Shown here in pieces: positions 13,051 through 24,629 of a stretch of DNA of 64,000 bases. The stretch comes from the human T2T-CHM13v2.0 reference genome, Homo sapiens. Numbering within the stretch: the stretch's first letter is position 1; every line of letters starts with the position of its first letter. The position numbers and the translations under genes were made by a program. The notes below the pieces were generated by a model. That model saw only the letters and a list, made by a program, of their open reading frames with translations, made no database searches and was not told the origin of the DNA. The DNA lies in the NCBI RefSeq assembly GCF_009914755.1, contig NC_060925.1, one strand, 5' to 3'.

Positions 13051-14221
13051 AACATATCAGAAGCTTTCAAGTAAAATGAAAGTACTGAGATAGGTTTGCC
13101 ACCATTTACAAAGAGACAATGACACTCCTCCTTCTTCTGACTCCAGGTCAAGTAAAACAGAATGATTAGGAAATAAAAGGGTGGAGGAAGCTAGGTGAAG
13201 CTCATTTGGGGCCTCCTGGCATTGGTAGGACCCTGCCAAGTCCTACGCAGCTACCTATATTCATTTAGTAAAATATTCTCTGCCATGGCAAGATCTACGA
13301 GGAAACAATCTAGGAAATCTCAAACAAAATAATGATGGCTTCCTTTCCCTACACCTTTTCCCCCAACATGTCCCCAAAGACCCACAGTCTGTTGTGGATA
13401 ACTTTCTACCACCCCCAAGAGTTCAAATATTTTTTGTCCATGCTTTTGAAATCTCTTTTCTCTCCTGCAACTCATCTTTGTAATGGTTCTCCTCAGTCCT
13501 AGATTACTCATTTAGGGAGCAACTTATTTTTAATATAAATTTATTTTAAGATAAATAAGTAGATAATTTACTAATTAAATTACTAATTGGAGTCCTCTTA
13601 CCCCTATTTAGCACAGTGATCAGACGTTCCAGCCTTATGCTTGTCTCTATTTGCATTCTAAGCCAGTGGGTTACTGTTTTCTCTTCCCTGCTTATATAGA
13701 CTATATTTGGTTTTATTTTTCTCCATTCACATACCCAAATGTGCTTGTTGAATTTTTTTTTTGAGTTGGTAACTGTTACTTAATAGCACCTGGAGCAGAT
13801 TGCATAACTTTCTGGTATTTTTCTGTTGTGAAAAATTCAGTCTAATTCAGTTTGAATACTACTTTTATATTTGATTCAAAGTTGTATAAGTTTTCTTAAC
13901 TCTATCAAGGGCCAGGCTGGAGATATAGTAGATTTAAAGGAGGCAGGGAGGTCTATTCTTTCTATCCCCTCTCTACTTCTGCCCCTTGAAGTAGACACAG
14001 GTTGATGGAGCCATGGTCAGGTTTGAGGATCTCTCTTCCTTATCAAGACCTAACTCTTTTGATGTTGGATGCTAGGAAAGGGAACAGGAAGGAAAAACAA
14101 ACATCATTTTACTTAATGATGCATGGTGGTGGCTTTCTCTGTTGATTATCACCTCCCCTCCAACACTCACAGACCATCAGTTATTTTACAAATCATCAGT
14201 GGTTTACCTGGATCCCCACAA

Positions 14222-15077
14222 GCAAATGCGAATCCAGGTTTAGTGAGGCCTCAGCTGAAACAATTTCAGAGACCTTATTTAAGGAAAATGATACAAAGTA
14301 AAAATGCAAAATTAGGTAAGGGAGTAAATGCTATTTAAGGTGAGGAAAGAAATCACATATTGTGACAATTAAGAAGCTGACAAATACCAAAAACATGATA
14401 GAATTACAAAAAAAAATTTATTATTAATTGTTTAACACACACTTAACACTGTTTTTCACAGCCTTTTTGGTTTTCTACTCTTTTTTTCACTTCTCCACAT
14501 GAAGACAATTTTATAATTTCATTTCATTTTCTATAGAAAAATGTTTGCTCAATTTTTAAATTATAATAGTACATAAAAGCTTTCTGTGGCTTCATAACTT
14601 GTATTTAGTCACATCAAGTAAATTTTTAGGGTAGTCATTCTATTCGTTTTCCTTCAAATATGAGTTATAATATTTGAAAAGAAATTCTACATCTAGCTCC
14701 TGGCTTCAAATATTTAAAATTTTATTTCTCTTCCACGGATTACAGACTTTCTATGATGAGTTTTCAGGACACATTCCTATTATGACATGACCTTTGGCCC
14801 ATACCTTCATACTATAGCTTTGCAAAGTGGGCACACTAGATGCTAGGAGTATTTATGGAAGCCATTCTTATATTAGGAGAGCCAGCAATAACCTAATTGT
14901 GAACAGAAATGGCTGAGACCCACATAAATGTATCTCACTAACCCAAAACTAATTATATCCCTAAGTTTATTTCCTCTCAACTGCATCCCAACATGCTACC
15001 CAACCTGAAAGGAAATGTGACGGAAAGGAAAATGAAGTACAGAGACAGTGATCTTAAGACATTTTGGTTACAATAGC
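14222..15077 (+). mobile_element. hAT-Tip100 element, Arthur1-like (copy 1)
   Basis: atccaggtttagtgaggcct...aaaattaggta...aagctgacaaatacc...; visibly homologous to 17888-18712 (both contain ccacataaatgtatct). Confidence 0.6.
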
Positions 15078-15400
15078 TGTCTTAGTCAGTTTGGGCTTCC
15101 ACAGCAAATACCATTGACTGGGTGACTTAAACAATAAACATTTACTCCTCACAGTTCTGGAGGCTGAAAAGTCCAAGATGAAGGTACTGGCATTTGTGGT
15201 GCCTGGAGACAGCCATCTTCTTGTCATATCCTCACATGGCCAAGTGGGATGAGAGAGTGGGGACAGCCATCTTCTTGTCATATCCTCACATGGCCAAGTG
15301 GGATGAGAGAGTGGGGACAGCCATCTTTTTGTCATATCCTCACATGGTAAGTGGGATGAGAGAGTGGGGATGGAGGTGGGATGGGGTGGAGGGGAGAGAG
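15078..15400 (-). mobile_element. MLT1A-like LTR fragment
   Basis: tgtcttagtcagtttgggct...cattgactgggtgacttaaacaa...ctcacagttctggaggctg..aagtccaagat. Confidence 0.8.
15208..15368. repeat. 54-bp minisatellite x3 inside the MLT1A
   Basis: Units start at 15208, 15262, 15316: gacagccatcttcttgtcatatcctcacatggccaagtgggatgagagagtggg. Confidence 0.95.
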
Positions 15401-16034
15401 ACTGAATCTCCTAATACATCCTTGAAGTGATATTGCTCTTCAAATGTTAGTGTTTAGTTTATAATATGTCTTTTATTTGGGATTCTTAGTTGTCAATTGG
15501 AAGGCAGTAGGAGAAAATATAAGTCAATGTTTTCTTTTTCAACCCAATTTAGCACATCAATTAGGAATTGAGACACCTACTCCTCTCAGTTTTTTTTGTT
15601 AGCTCCACAGTTTGTTCCACTTCAGTCCAAGGTACAGATTGCTCACCTTTCCTCTTCTATGTTCTCTTCCTCTTTTCTCCACCTCTCCCGCCTTATGTCT
15701 CCTTCCTTTAAGTTAGGTCATATTGCATTCCAAGGGGTTCCTCAATAAAAAAAGAACCTTAAATGTCATCTGGTTCAGTAGTTTCGTTTCAAGCAATAAA
15801 AAATAACTCTCCTATGCAGACAAGTATTTTTGAAAGGACCCTTTCTTGACCTCTGGTACACTGAGCAACCCCTTGATTTCAGCCCTTTCTTACCTGCCTT
15901 TAACAAGCAGCCCTTTATTAAATTGTTCTTTTATTTCAAAGTTTTTTCTAAATATCTTCATTTTCTTCTTTTATCCTTGACCCTCCCCTGTCTACTGGCA
16001 CACAGGATGTCACTTGCATTTATATTTCCAACTG

Positions 16035-16054
16035 CACTGCCCCCTAGGTGGCTG
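16035..16054. promoter_or_regulatory. Candidate CTCF site (partial match on both strands)
   Basis: + CCCCTAGGTGGCTG; - CACCTAGGGGGCAGTG versus consensus CCASYAGRKGGCRS. Confidence 0.45.
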
Positions 16055-17887
16055 AACATTCATGAACTGAGATTTCTAAGGTAATTTTACATGGATAACC
16101 TTTTATTTGTTGGGTAAGATGGGACTACACTTTAATAGGTAGTAGATTTTGGAGGGAAAATATGTTTATTTACAACCACAAATTCTGCCTGGTTTAGTAA
16201 AGTCCCACATATGGCTGAATTACTTGCTTCAAATAAAAAACCCAAACAAAACAAAAACAACCTTTTCCAGAACCCCAAAACACACGCATGTGCACACATA
16301 CACATACACACAAACAACATATCCTAAAACAACAACAAAAAATCACACTGAGTATGCACAATAAGACTATGCTAATGGGAGGGATGGATTATTTAGGAAA
16401 AAGATGTTTCAATATTTAAGGATCCTGTGTGGGGTAGAATCACAAAACATCAGGAGAAAAGAGAGCATTTTCCAAAGAAAGGCTACCTTATTGGTTGGCA
16501 TATTGAATCAATGGCAAATAGATTCTTCAAACTTCTAAATTTTTTCCATCAAAGATGAAAATTAAGTACAAGCAGTCTAATTTATACCGTTCTTAGAATT
16601 TAAGGCATAAGGAAAATGGCTTAATAAGGAGGCACTCCCCTGTCAAATACCTTTAATGTGTATTATAGAGCTTTTTGGTTGGAAATAAGACTTTTTAGTC
16701 TAATCTGTCAAGTATGACATGTCAGCAAAACTTGATCAATTATGTGAGTGTTTTATGCAGCTAAAATAATAAAGCAACTGATACTAATCTTCAGTTAAAA
16801 ATGACTGATCCTGCACATCCATTCATGGTCTTTTAGTTAGGCTGATGTCTGGACTTCATTTTCATTTCTCTTTGCACTTGATGTTATTCTTAAAGCTCTC
16901 AGCCGCACGCTGCTTTTAAAGTCTTAACCTGCAAGCCATTTCTGCTGTTTGTCAGCTTTGGTTTTTCACTCTTTTGTTCTCCAGTACTGACTTCATTATT
17001 TATAACAACACAGGACCATATGCAGACTAATTTTTATAGAGCCACCCACTCACTTTTGGCATATGAAAATTCTGGGTTTCTGAACCACCTATCTAATATC
17101 CATAATACATATATAATCATACACCTATATATGTTAAAAGACTAGAACTTTAAATAATACCAATGGCAGGTTCAGACTGATATTGCAGTTAAGTCATATT
17201 GTCTTGAATATTTTTAACCCTATTCAGTGAATGTTTTGGTTGAGGGTTACCAGTCATTAGAGTTTAATGGATTATTTCTTTTCTAAGATTTGTATTTACT
17301 TAATACAGAAAAATACCCCTTCACCAAGGACACAGCAAGATCCTCTGTGAAGAAGTAATAAGGTGATGACAATATGTGTCCCCTCTCCCCATCCACGGTG
17401 TAACCAGGATAAGATAGATTATCCCCAACTCCAGGTAGCTTCACAAGTTGCCAACCTTATAGAATTAATTTGCATGTGAGTTTTAGGATAAAATTATCAT
17501 GTAACTGAAGCAGTTTAGCATGACCAGTAGCTCATATAGCACAAGCACCTCTGTGTAAGTCAGTTTAGGTTTTAGTAAAGTTTAAATTTTCTTTTTAAGA
17601 AGTGTACCACTGTAAGAGAAGGAACTTAGAGAAAGCCAAGACCTTTCTTTTGTGGGGTGGGGGTGGGGGGAACTATCTCAGGGAAGAATGTAGTCATTGC
17701 TGATGGAGTATTTTCATATTAATTAGAAGCCTTAGATTTGTTTTTGTTGCCTTAGGATAAGCAAAGCATACATCTCAGACTGGTATGTAAATATCTATAT
17801 AAATAATGTTTGATTTTCAACATGTGTGAGTATTAAAACATCAAGTTTATATGTAAGTTACAAGACCAATCTTTGCATGTCTTGTCA

Positions 17888-18712
17888 CTATAGGGTTAGA
17901 TTCAAATATGGATGGTCCTGAACCTTCTAAAATTTTGGAAAACTTTTAAAGAGTAATACACAAAATTATCAATATACCATTAGATAAAAGTGAATATGTA
18001 CTGAGAATGAGTAAAGAAAATGTAAGAAATGAAAAATGTAAAAGGCTGACAAATCTCATATCACAAATTCTAGAAAAATAACAATATTTTAATTAATTAG
18101 CTGCTTGCATACTCCTAATTTTCATCTTCAAATGATAAGAATTTTGTTATAATTCTAACTGAGAAAATGGAACCATAAATTTGGTCTTTTTCCCTATGTG
18201 GTTGATAAAAATTTGTTTTTTAAAAATTATTGTTAGATGTGATTTCATAGACATTCTTGCCATTTGTGGGATTGTCAGGGGTTTGTAACCTACAAATAAA
18301 GGAATTCTTGTTTATTCTATTTCACTTGATTTTTATAAAAAAGAAGAAAATTCAGTGTACACTTCTATATGCTTCATCATCAAATATGGAAGAGAACTTT
18401 CATCTTGACTAAGCATCTATGAAAGCTGAATCATCTACTTACAAATATACATGTTTGATAACCGCAGGGGGTTTCTACAGATTTGCTTCTGCCTTTGCAT
18501 ATTTTACACTTTGTTTCTTCTTCATTGCTCACAGCTAACTTACTTCCAGTACTGGTTGCCAAAAGTCACACTTTGTGTGATATCTGGCCAGGTAGGTTTG
18601 TGTTACAATGTTCAGTGAGTAAGCAAGGTAAGTCTTGGAAGTTATTCCTACACAAAAATGATTAGTGATAAATCCATTATACATTGAAGTGATGAAAACC
18701 ACATAAATGTAT
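17888..18712 (+). mobile_element. hAT-Tip100 element, Arthur1-like (copy 2)
   Basis: aaaggctgacaaat...cacaaattctagaaaaataac...gttgataaaaatttgttttt; homologous to 14222-15077. Confidence 0.6.
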
Positions 18713-19777
18713 CTAGGTATTTCATGAAACATTATCTGTCTTATGCAGAATGGATTTGATGAGCAGGAAGTAGCAAATACTTCAGATGCTTTCATGATAC
18801 ATTTGCGAATGATGGAGTGAAACCCTGCAGAAATTCAGGGGCCTGCCACCTTAGTGAAGTTTCTGAAAGTTCAATAGTCTGCAGCATGCTGAAACGTCCA
18901 CTTCAAAGTGAAAAACAAATTACTATATCTTGCATCACCTATGAAAAACAGAAGTGTTTCTTGAATTTTGGGGGCACTCTATACCACATTTGAATGTGCT
19001 TCTTAAATTACTTAATGGGTACAATGCGTGCTATGCTGGTGACGGATACCCTAAAAGCCCTAGTTTGACCACTATGCAATCTATGCATGTATTAAAACTG
19101 CACTTATATCTCATACATTTATGCCAAAAAAATCATTCATAAGACTGCCAGTTTTGAGTGGGTAGTGAAGAAAAAACTGAGCTCTGCATGTTTAGAGTTC
19201 TTAGTCCTTGACGTGGAAATGTTTCCACCAGAGGACATAACAATTGTTCCACTAAATCAGATGATGAGACTAAGACCTTGGCATACAGGGCTTGTTATGC
19301 ACGGAACCAACAGGCAAACAAAAATGGGTTAATTCTTAAGTAACTTCACCTGATCACCAAGAACAAATTAGGTTGCTGCTGTAAAATGTGGTCAAGGAAG
19401 ACAATGTCTGCAACCCATGGGAATGTCTGGGGGTCTTTTAGACTTTTCGTGTCTAGTAATAAAGATGAATGGAAAACAACAGCAACCAAAAAAGACAGGA
19501 CAATTAAGAACTCAGACCCTTTGAAATGGAAGTTTGAATGATTCCACCAGGTAAAGAACCCAGAGCAGCTGAGGTTTTGCCTGAGGTAAAGGAAAGTATG
19601 GAATGGGCACTGGATAAAGAAGCCATAGATAGCAATTGCAACCTCATAACCAATTATAGCAACTAGAATTGTAGTACCTTTCAAAATTTTCTTTTCTTTA
19701 AACATGTGTTTGTTTGCATGCACTTAACGTTTTCTTCTTTCTCCTTCCCATTTTTACTTTATGTTCAAGCTGGTGGA
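18713..19777 (+). mobile_element. ERVL internal relic (RT plus dUTPase fragments), internally deleted
   Basis: Hand translation: DEQEVANT...NPAEIQGPATLVKFL...FKVKNKLLYLASP, FWGHSIPHLNVLL, KTASFEW (RT); MFPPEDITIVPLN...PDHQEQIRLLL*N..KED.V (ERVL dUTPase). Confidence 0.85.
19005..19132 (+). mobile_element. Short L1 (L1PB/L1MA-type) 3' end inserted in the ERVL RT
   Basis: ttacttaatgggtacaatg...ggataccctaaaagccct...accactatgcaatctatgcatgta...aaactgcactt...aaaaaaa. Confidence 0.8.
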
Positions 19778-20088
19778 TTATTATCATTATTCTTGAGACA
19801 GGGTCTTGCTCTGTCATCCATGCTGGAGTGCAGTGACACAATTATAGTTCACTGCAGCTTCAAACTCCTGGGCTCTAGCAATCCTCTCACCTCAGCCTCC
19901 CGAGTAGCTGGGACCATGGGTATGTGCCACCATACCTGGTCGATTTTTATCTTATTTTATTTTATTTTTTGTAGCAAAGCAGTCTCACTATTTTGCCCTG
20001 GCTGATCGTGAACTCGTGGGCTCAAGTGATCCCCTGCTTTGGCTTCCCAAAGAGTTGGGATTATAGGCATGAGCCATTGTGCCTGGCT
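19778..20088 (-). mobile_element. AluJ
   Basis: gagacagggtcttgctctgtc...cactgcagcttcaaactcctgggctc..gcaatcctc: J-type diagnostics, high divergence. Confidence 0.92.
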
Positions 20089-20101
20089 TAATTTTATAAT
20101 T

Positions 20102-20227
20102 TAGTCTCTAGGTGTTAGGATTTTCAGTGGGACTATGAATAGAAAAGAGAAAACTTTTAATATATAGTCTTTAGGTGTCAGGATTTTCAGTGGGACTATG
20201 AATAGAAAAGAGAAAACTTTTAATATA
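20102..20227. repeat. 63-bp tandem duplication
   Basis: 20102-20164 versus 20165-20227, two substitutions. Confidence 0.95.
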
Positions 20228-20792
20228 TAATTTGTGGATAGTTCAAATTCTCAAAATAATTCCATGCCATAATGGTAATGTTACCTAAAACGGAATACTG
20301 CTACCTGCATATGTGGAAATGATCAGAAGGTTTGCTTCATTAAAGAAAAAATTGTGTATTTAAATTTGCTTAATTGTGTAAATGTTTAATTACAAATATT
20401 TTTTCTGTAATAAACAATCACAAAAAAATCTAGATTAAAGAGATAAGTATTAATTTCTAAGAAAATGTTTTCACAACTAAGTTAAATCCTAAACTAATTT
20501 ACTCATAGGAGTTAAGAAATTATTTTTCTTTACATACCTTTCAGAGTTGTAAGGATTAGAAAAGTAGGTAAAGTACCCAGCACACAGACAAGCTCAATAA
20601 AGTTATAGCTATTATAATGGGAGCTGGAAGGATAAAAGTTGTAAAAAGAAATAAAAGTTTGAGTGATATTACAGTGAATAAGATAAGTATGTGATTCTTG
20701 TATATGCAATATTCTATTTACGAGCATGTTAGAAAAGGGATGGGCTACTTTTATTTATCATAAGGAAAGAAATGCTGTATTCATAGGGATGG

Positions 20793-21151
20793 TGATATGG
20801 TTAGGCTTTGTGTCTCTACTCAAATCTCACCTTGAATTGTAATCCCCATAATTTTCAGGTGTTGAGGGAGGAACCAGGTGGAGGCAATTGAATCATGGGG
20901 GTGGTTTCCTCCGTGCTGTTCTCGTGATAGTGAGTGAGTTCTCATGAGATCTGATGGTTTTATAACCGTCTGGCATTCCCGCTGCTGCCTTGTGAAGAAG
21001 GTAGCTGCTTCTGCTTTGCCTTCCGCCATGACTGTAAGTTTCATGAAGCCTCCCCAGGCACGCAGAACTGTGAGTAAATTAAACCTCTTTTCTTTATTAA
21101 TTACCCATTCTTGGGTATTTCTTTTTAGCAGCATGAGAACGGACTAATACA
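20793..21151 (+). mobile_element. THE1 solo LTR (THE1D-like)
   Basis: tgatatggttaggctttgtgtc...gagaacggactaataca; TSD gatgg/gacag. Confidence 0.92.
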
Positions 21152-21206
21152 GACAGGAACCATACAAATGTGAAAGGTAGAAGTATGGGTCATGAACTCC
21201 TAAATG

Positions 21207-21221
21207 AGACTAGATGGCGTC
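21207..21221 (+). promoter_or_regulatory. Candidate CTCF/YY1-like motif in a CpG-retaining patch
   Basis: AGACTAGATGGCGTC resembles the CTCF core ACTAGATGGCG and YY1 AGATGGCG. Confidence 0.35.
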
Positions 21222-21619
21222 CTGTACCACCTCGCATCTGCCCACTATTGCGAAGCGTCTGACTGTGATTATTCAGTAACGCCAAAGGGTCCACATTTCT
21301 CCAGAGGTGAATTAAGTCTATGATCGGATGTTCCTAGGACAGGTTGCAGTCTTTGAAAGATATTTTTGTACTCATGTTCTGGTGGATTAAAAAATTTTTT
21401 CCCCCAAAATCCATTATTTCAGATTCAGACGTCATATCTATGGGGCATATCTTCCCCCCGAGGATAAGGAAAAAGGAGAAAAGATAGCCAGAGGTACAGT
21501 TATTGGTGTTCACCTTCTCATCCAAATATCAGGTTCCCGCTGGCAGGAGGAAGAAGGCTTGGGAGTGTGCAGGCACCTGCCTTTGGGAGTGTTTCAAGTC
21601 ATTTCTTTGTGGGGGATGT

Positions 21620-21813
21620 AGCACTGTAAGGTGGAAAAGCAGAACAATTTGTATCAAGCCAGACCTGAATTTGAATCCTGTCACAGCTCATAATAATTGC
21701 CGCCTCAGCCGAGCTGCTTGATAACTTTGGCTTTAGTTTCAGTTGCATAATGGGGACAACATTACCTATATTTAAAAATTATAATCTGTAAAACAGAGAT
21801 CATATAAAAGTAC
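21620..21813 (+). mobile_element. MIR SINE
   Basis: cagacctgaatttgaatcctg...tagtttcag....taatggggacaacattaccta. Confidence 0.6.
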
Positions 21814-22119
21814 CATATACTAAAGTATGTTCTGGAGATCACTGGACTCCAGGAGATGTAAATCTGTGCTCAACAACTGAAATCTCTATGGTCAAATAAA
21901 TGTGGGGAAAGCTACTTTACTAAACCCCCTTCTTGGAGGTTCACAGCATACACACTGGCAAATACATTAATAGTTCCCGGAAATTCTGCAGTAAAAAACG
22001 AAACCTAGTTAACAGTTAAACATATCACTTTATTTGTTTGGGAAAGACTTGTTTTTTCTTGGATTATCTAATTACATCCCACAGAACATTTTTACCTTAA
22101 TATGGTTTGGGAAACCTTG
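21814..22119. mobile_element. Old hAT-Charlie MITE (subfamily uncertain)
   Basis: aaagtatgttc...ctatggtcaaataaatgtggggaaa...ttctgcagtaaa...gtttgggaaacc pattern. Confidence 0.45.
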
Positions 22120-22606
22120 GGCTCATACAGCACATGGAACGTGACAGATTTCGACAAAGGATAGCTATTATCTGTGGATTTATAAATGTGTAGCTGGAGG
22201 ATAACCAAGGATAGAAGGGGCGTCTTTAGTCCGATATAAAGCTAATAATTAAGACGGAAAGTTCCTGTAGGGAACAAGGCTAACGTAATTAGGTCAAGTT
22301 AATTTATGTGGCTATTTTCTTTTTGTCTGTTTATAGTGAAGTAAATCAATACTGGAAGTGTAAGAGTTTGAATATATATTTTGGACTCACATAAATGGCC
22401 TTTGACAAATTACATACATACTCACAGGCACACACATCCTTCTTAAGTTAAAGACAATATAAGGTATTCTCTGTATTGATTAATTTTAATATAGGCTTGT
22501 TTAAGAACTCACTTGAAGCTTATTAAGTAATGCCTTTAGTTCTTTAATGATGAGTTCTTCTTCCTGTTTTTAGGAGAATGGTTATCAGTTTTCGAATTAA
22601 GAGTGG

Positions 22607-22797
22607 GGGCTGGGTTGATACTCACTTCCACAGTTTATCAGCCACGTGGCCTTGAGCAAGTTATTTAATATCTCTAATCTCAGTTTTCTTATCTGATACC
22701 TACTTCAGAACTTTATTGAAAAGATTAAATAAGTTAATCCACATATTTACTATAGCAGTTGGCACACGGTAAGAAGGAAATAAGTTTTAGTTATTAA
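22607..22797 (+). mobile_element. MIR SINE
   Basis: ctgggttga...gtggccttgagcaagttatttaatatctct..ctcagttttcttatctg...aagattaaataagttaat...ggcacacggtaag. Confidence 0.8.
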
Positions 22798-22833
22798 CTG
22801 TAATACAAATATTTCTATTTAGATATGCAACTA

Positions 22834-23125
22834 AGCTGGGCACGGTGGCTCACGCCTATAATCCCAGCACTTTGGGAGGCCGAGGCGGGCAGATCATGAG
22901 GTCAGGAGTTTGAGACCAGCGTGACCAACACGGTGAAAACCTGTCTCTACTAAAAATACAAAAATTAATGGGGCGTGGTGACACATGCCTGTAATCCCAG
23001 CTACTCAGGAGGCTGAGGCAGGAGAACTGCTTGAATCCAGGAGGCAGAGGTTGCGGTGAGCTGAAATTATGCTACTACACTCCAGCCTGGGTGACAGAGA
23101 GAGACTCTGTCTCAAAAAAAAAAAA
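22834..23125 (+). mobile_element. AluS (Sg-like)
   Basis: Full dimer with gatcatgaggtc 2-bp deletion diagnostic; TSD atgcaacta/atgcaactg. Confidence 0.95.
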
Positions 23126-23229
23126 TGCAACTGAAATATTTATTTATCAAAAACCGAATCTACTCGGCTGAGAGTTATTCTAAATGCAGTGCAAATCATT
23201 TAACTCTTATTGAGGTTAAATTAACTTAC

Positions 23230-23295
23230 CCAGAATGACACATACTTAGGGAAGAGAAGGGACCACTATGTTCCTTCTTATGTAAGACAAGATTG
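23230..23295 (-). other. Candidate 66-nt minus-strand exon
   Basis: Minus strand: catttctcctttttttaaatcag|CAATC...TCTGG|gtaagt. Confidence 0.3.
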
Positions 23296-23894
23296 CTGAT
23301 TTAAAAAAAGGAGAAATGCAGTGACTCCTCAATTTCCAGCGTAAAATGAATGTTTTTATCCCATTCCTTCTGTTCAAGTCTTGAAATACAAAGACTTTGC
23401 TATCTTAGGTTATAAGATCAGTGATAGCATTACCTTTCTTTACCACCTATTCACTTCAGTGGGTGAAGTTTCACTCACTGATGTTAACAACTAAGAGATT
23501 TGTCATTATAGATCTATGATTTTGATGAATCTTTAGTTTCAAGCATATTATGGTTGTTGTTATGACATTCTGAAGGTAAGTTTAGTTTTTTTCTATCCCC
23601 ATTCTTCACATCAGTGACATGTATTCTTGAAACGAGTATTTCATTCCTCTAGTCATTGTCTATTGTGTTTACAAACTTAACTGCACATTTTCAAGTTTTT
23701 CTATTTTCCATGTACTTATGTATCTTTGCTTGTGGTACATAGAATTGTGGAGATGTATACACTGTGTCTTCCACTTTGTGGGAAAATTCCAGATACTTTT
23801 TTCCAAGAAAACAGTTTTTTGTAGATTTCTGATTGTTCCAATTTCACAGTGCCTTTAAAAAAGCTTTGATTTCAGAGACACATCTTAGACTGAG

Positions 23895-24100
23895 GAGATG
23901 CCTGCTTTGTAGTCAGATAGATCTGATTTGAGATTCAGGTTCTTTATTTCTCTTTATAGCTGTGAGATTTTGTGCAAATAATTAACCTTTCTAAGCTTCT
24001 GTTTTCTTCTGGAGTTCTGAGAATTCAATAAGACAACACACAAAAAGCACTTAGCATGTGTCAGGCACATAGTATGTGTTCAGAAAACATGGGTGATTAT
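23895..24100 (+). mobile_element. MIR SINE
   Basis: gctttgtagtcaga...tagctgtgagattttgtgcaaataattaacctttctaagcttctgttttc...gcacttagcatgtgtcaggcacatagt. Confidence 0.75.
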
Positions 24101-24504
24101 GTTATATTAATAACAATAAAACACAAATCTTTTTCTTTGTACATAAAACCTATTCAGATAGATTCCTTGCTTTCCTTTCATGTGAGTACTGCATAGAACA
24201 CTTTGATGATAGCAACATTATTTTTCCGTAAGATTTTTTTAATGGTTTTTATTTAGCTTTGCTTTTGAAAAGGTGTTAATTCTCTTTCTGACCTGTAAGT
24301 TGTTTCCATAATACCACAAGCAAATCAGATATAGCCACAAATTTTTAATCAGAACATTTATTGAGCATAATCCACCTAGTCATCCAGAAAAGTAATTTGT
24401 GCTTCTAAGTCTTTGCTTAGTAATTTATTTGTATACAGAGGCTTCTGAGCAAACAAATGTTTCACTTTAATGTTATATAGCCCTTGTCATATATACATCT
24501 ATCG

Positions 24505-24531
24505 TGTGTGCATGTGCGTGTGTGTGTGTGT
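24505..24531. repeat. Interrupted (TG)n microsatellite
   Basis: gtgtgtgcatgtgcgtgtgtgtgtgtg. Confidence 0.8.
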
Positions 24532-24605
24532 ATGCATTTTATTGTCTTTCTGCTCAAAATTTATAAGGCAATTACAAAATATTTTCTGTCAATTTAAGCT
24601 TCATA

Positions 24606-24621
24606 CACTGCCCCCTGCAGG
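24606..24621 (-). promoter_or_regulatory. Candidate CTCF site
   Basis: Minus strand CCTGCAGGGGGCAGTG, one mismatch to CCASYAGRKGGCRS. Confidence 0.55.
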
Positions 24622-24629
24622 AATAACAA

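Noticed and set aside
15054-15430. Repetitive ORFs and a CRISPR-like look of the 54-bp repeat
   Set aside because: Head-to-tail units without spacers, inside an MLT1A LTR in primate DNA, with no cas genes
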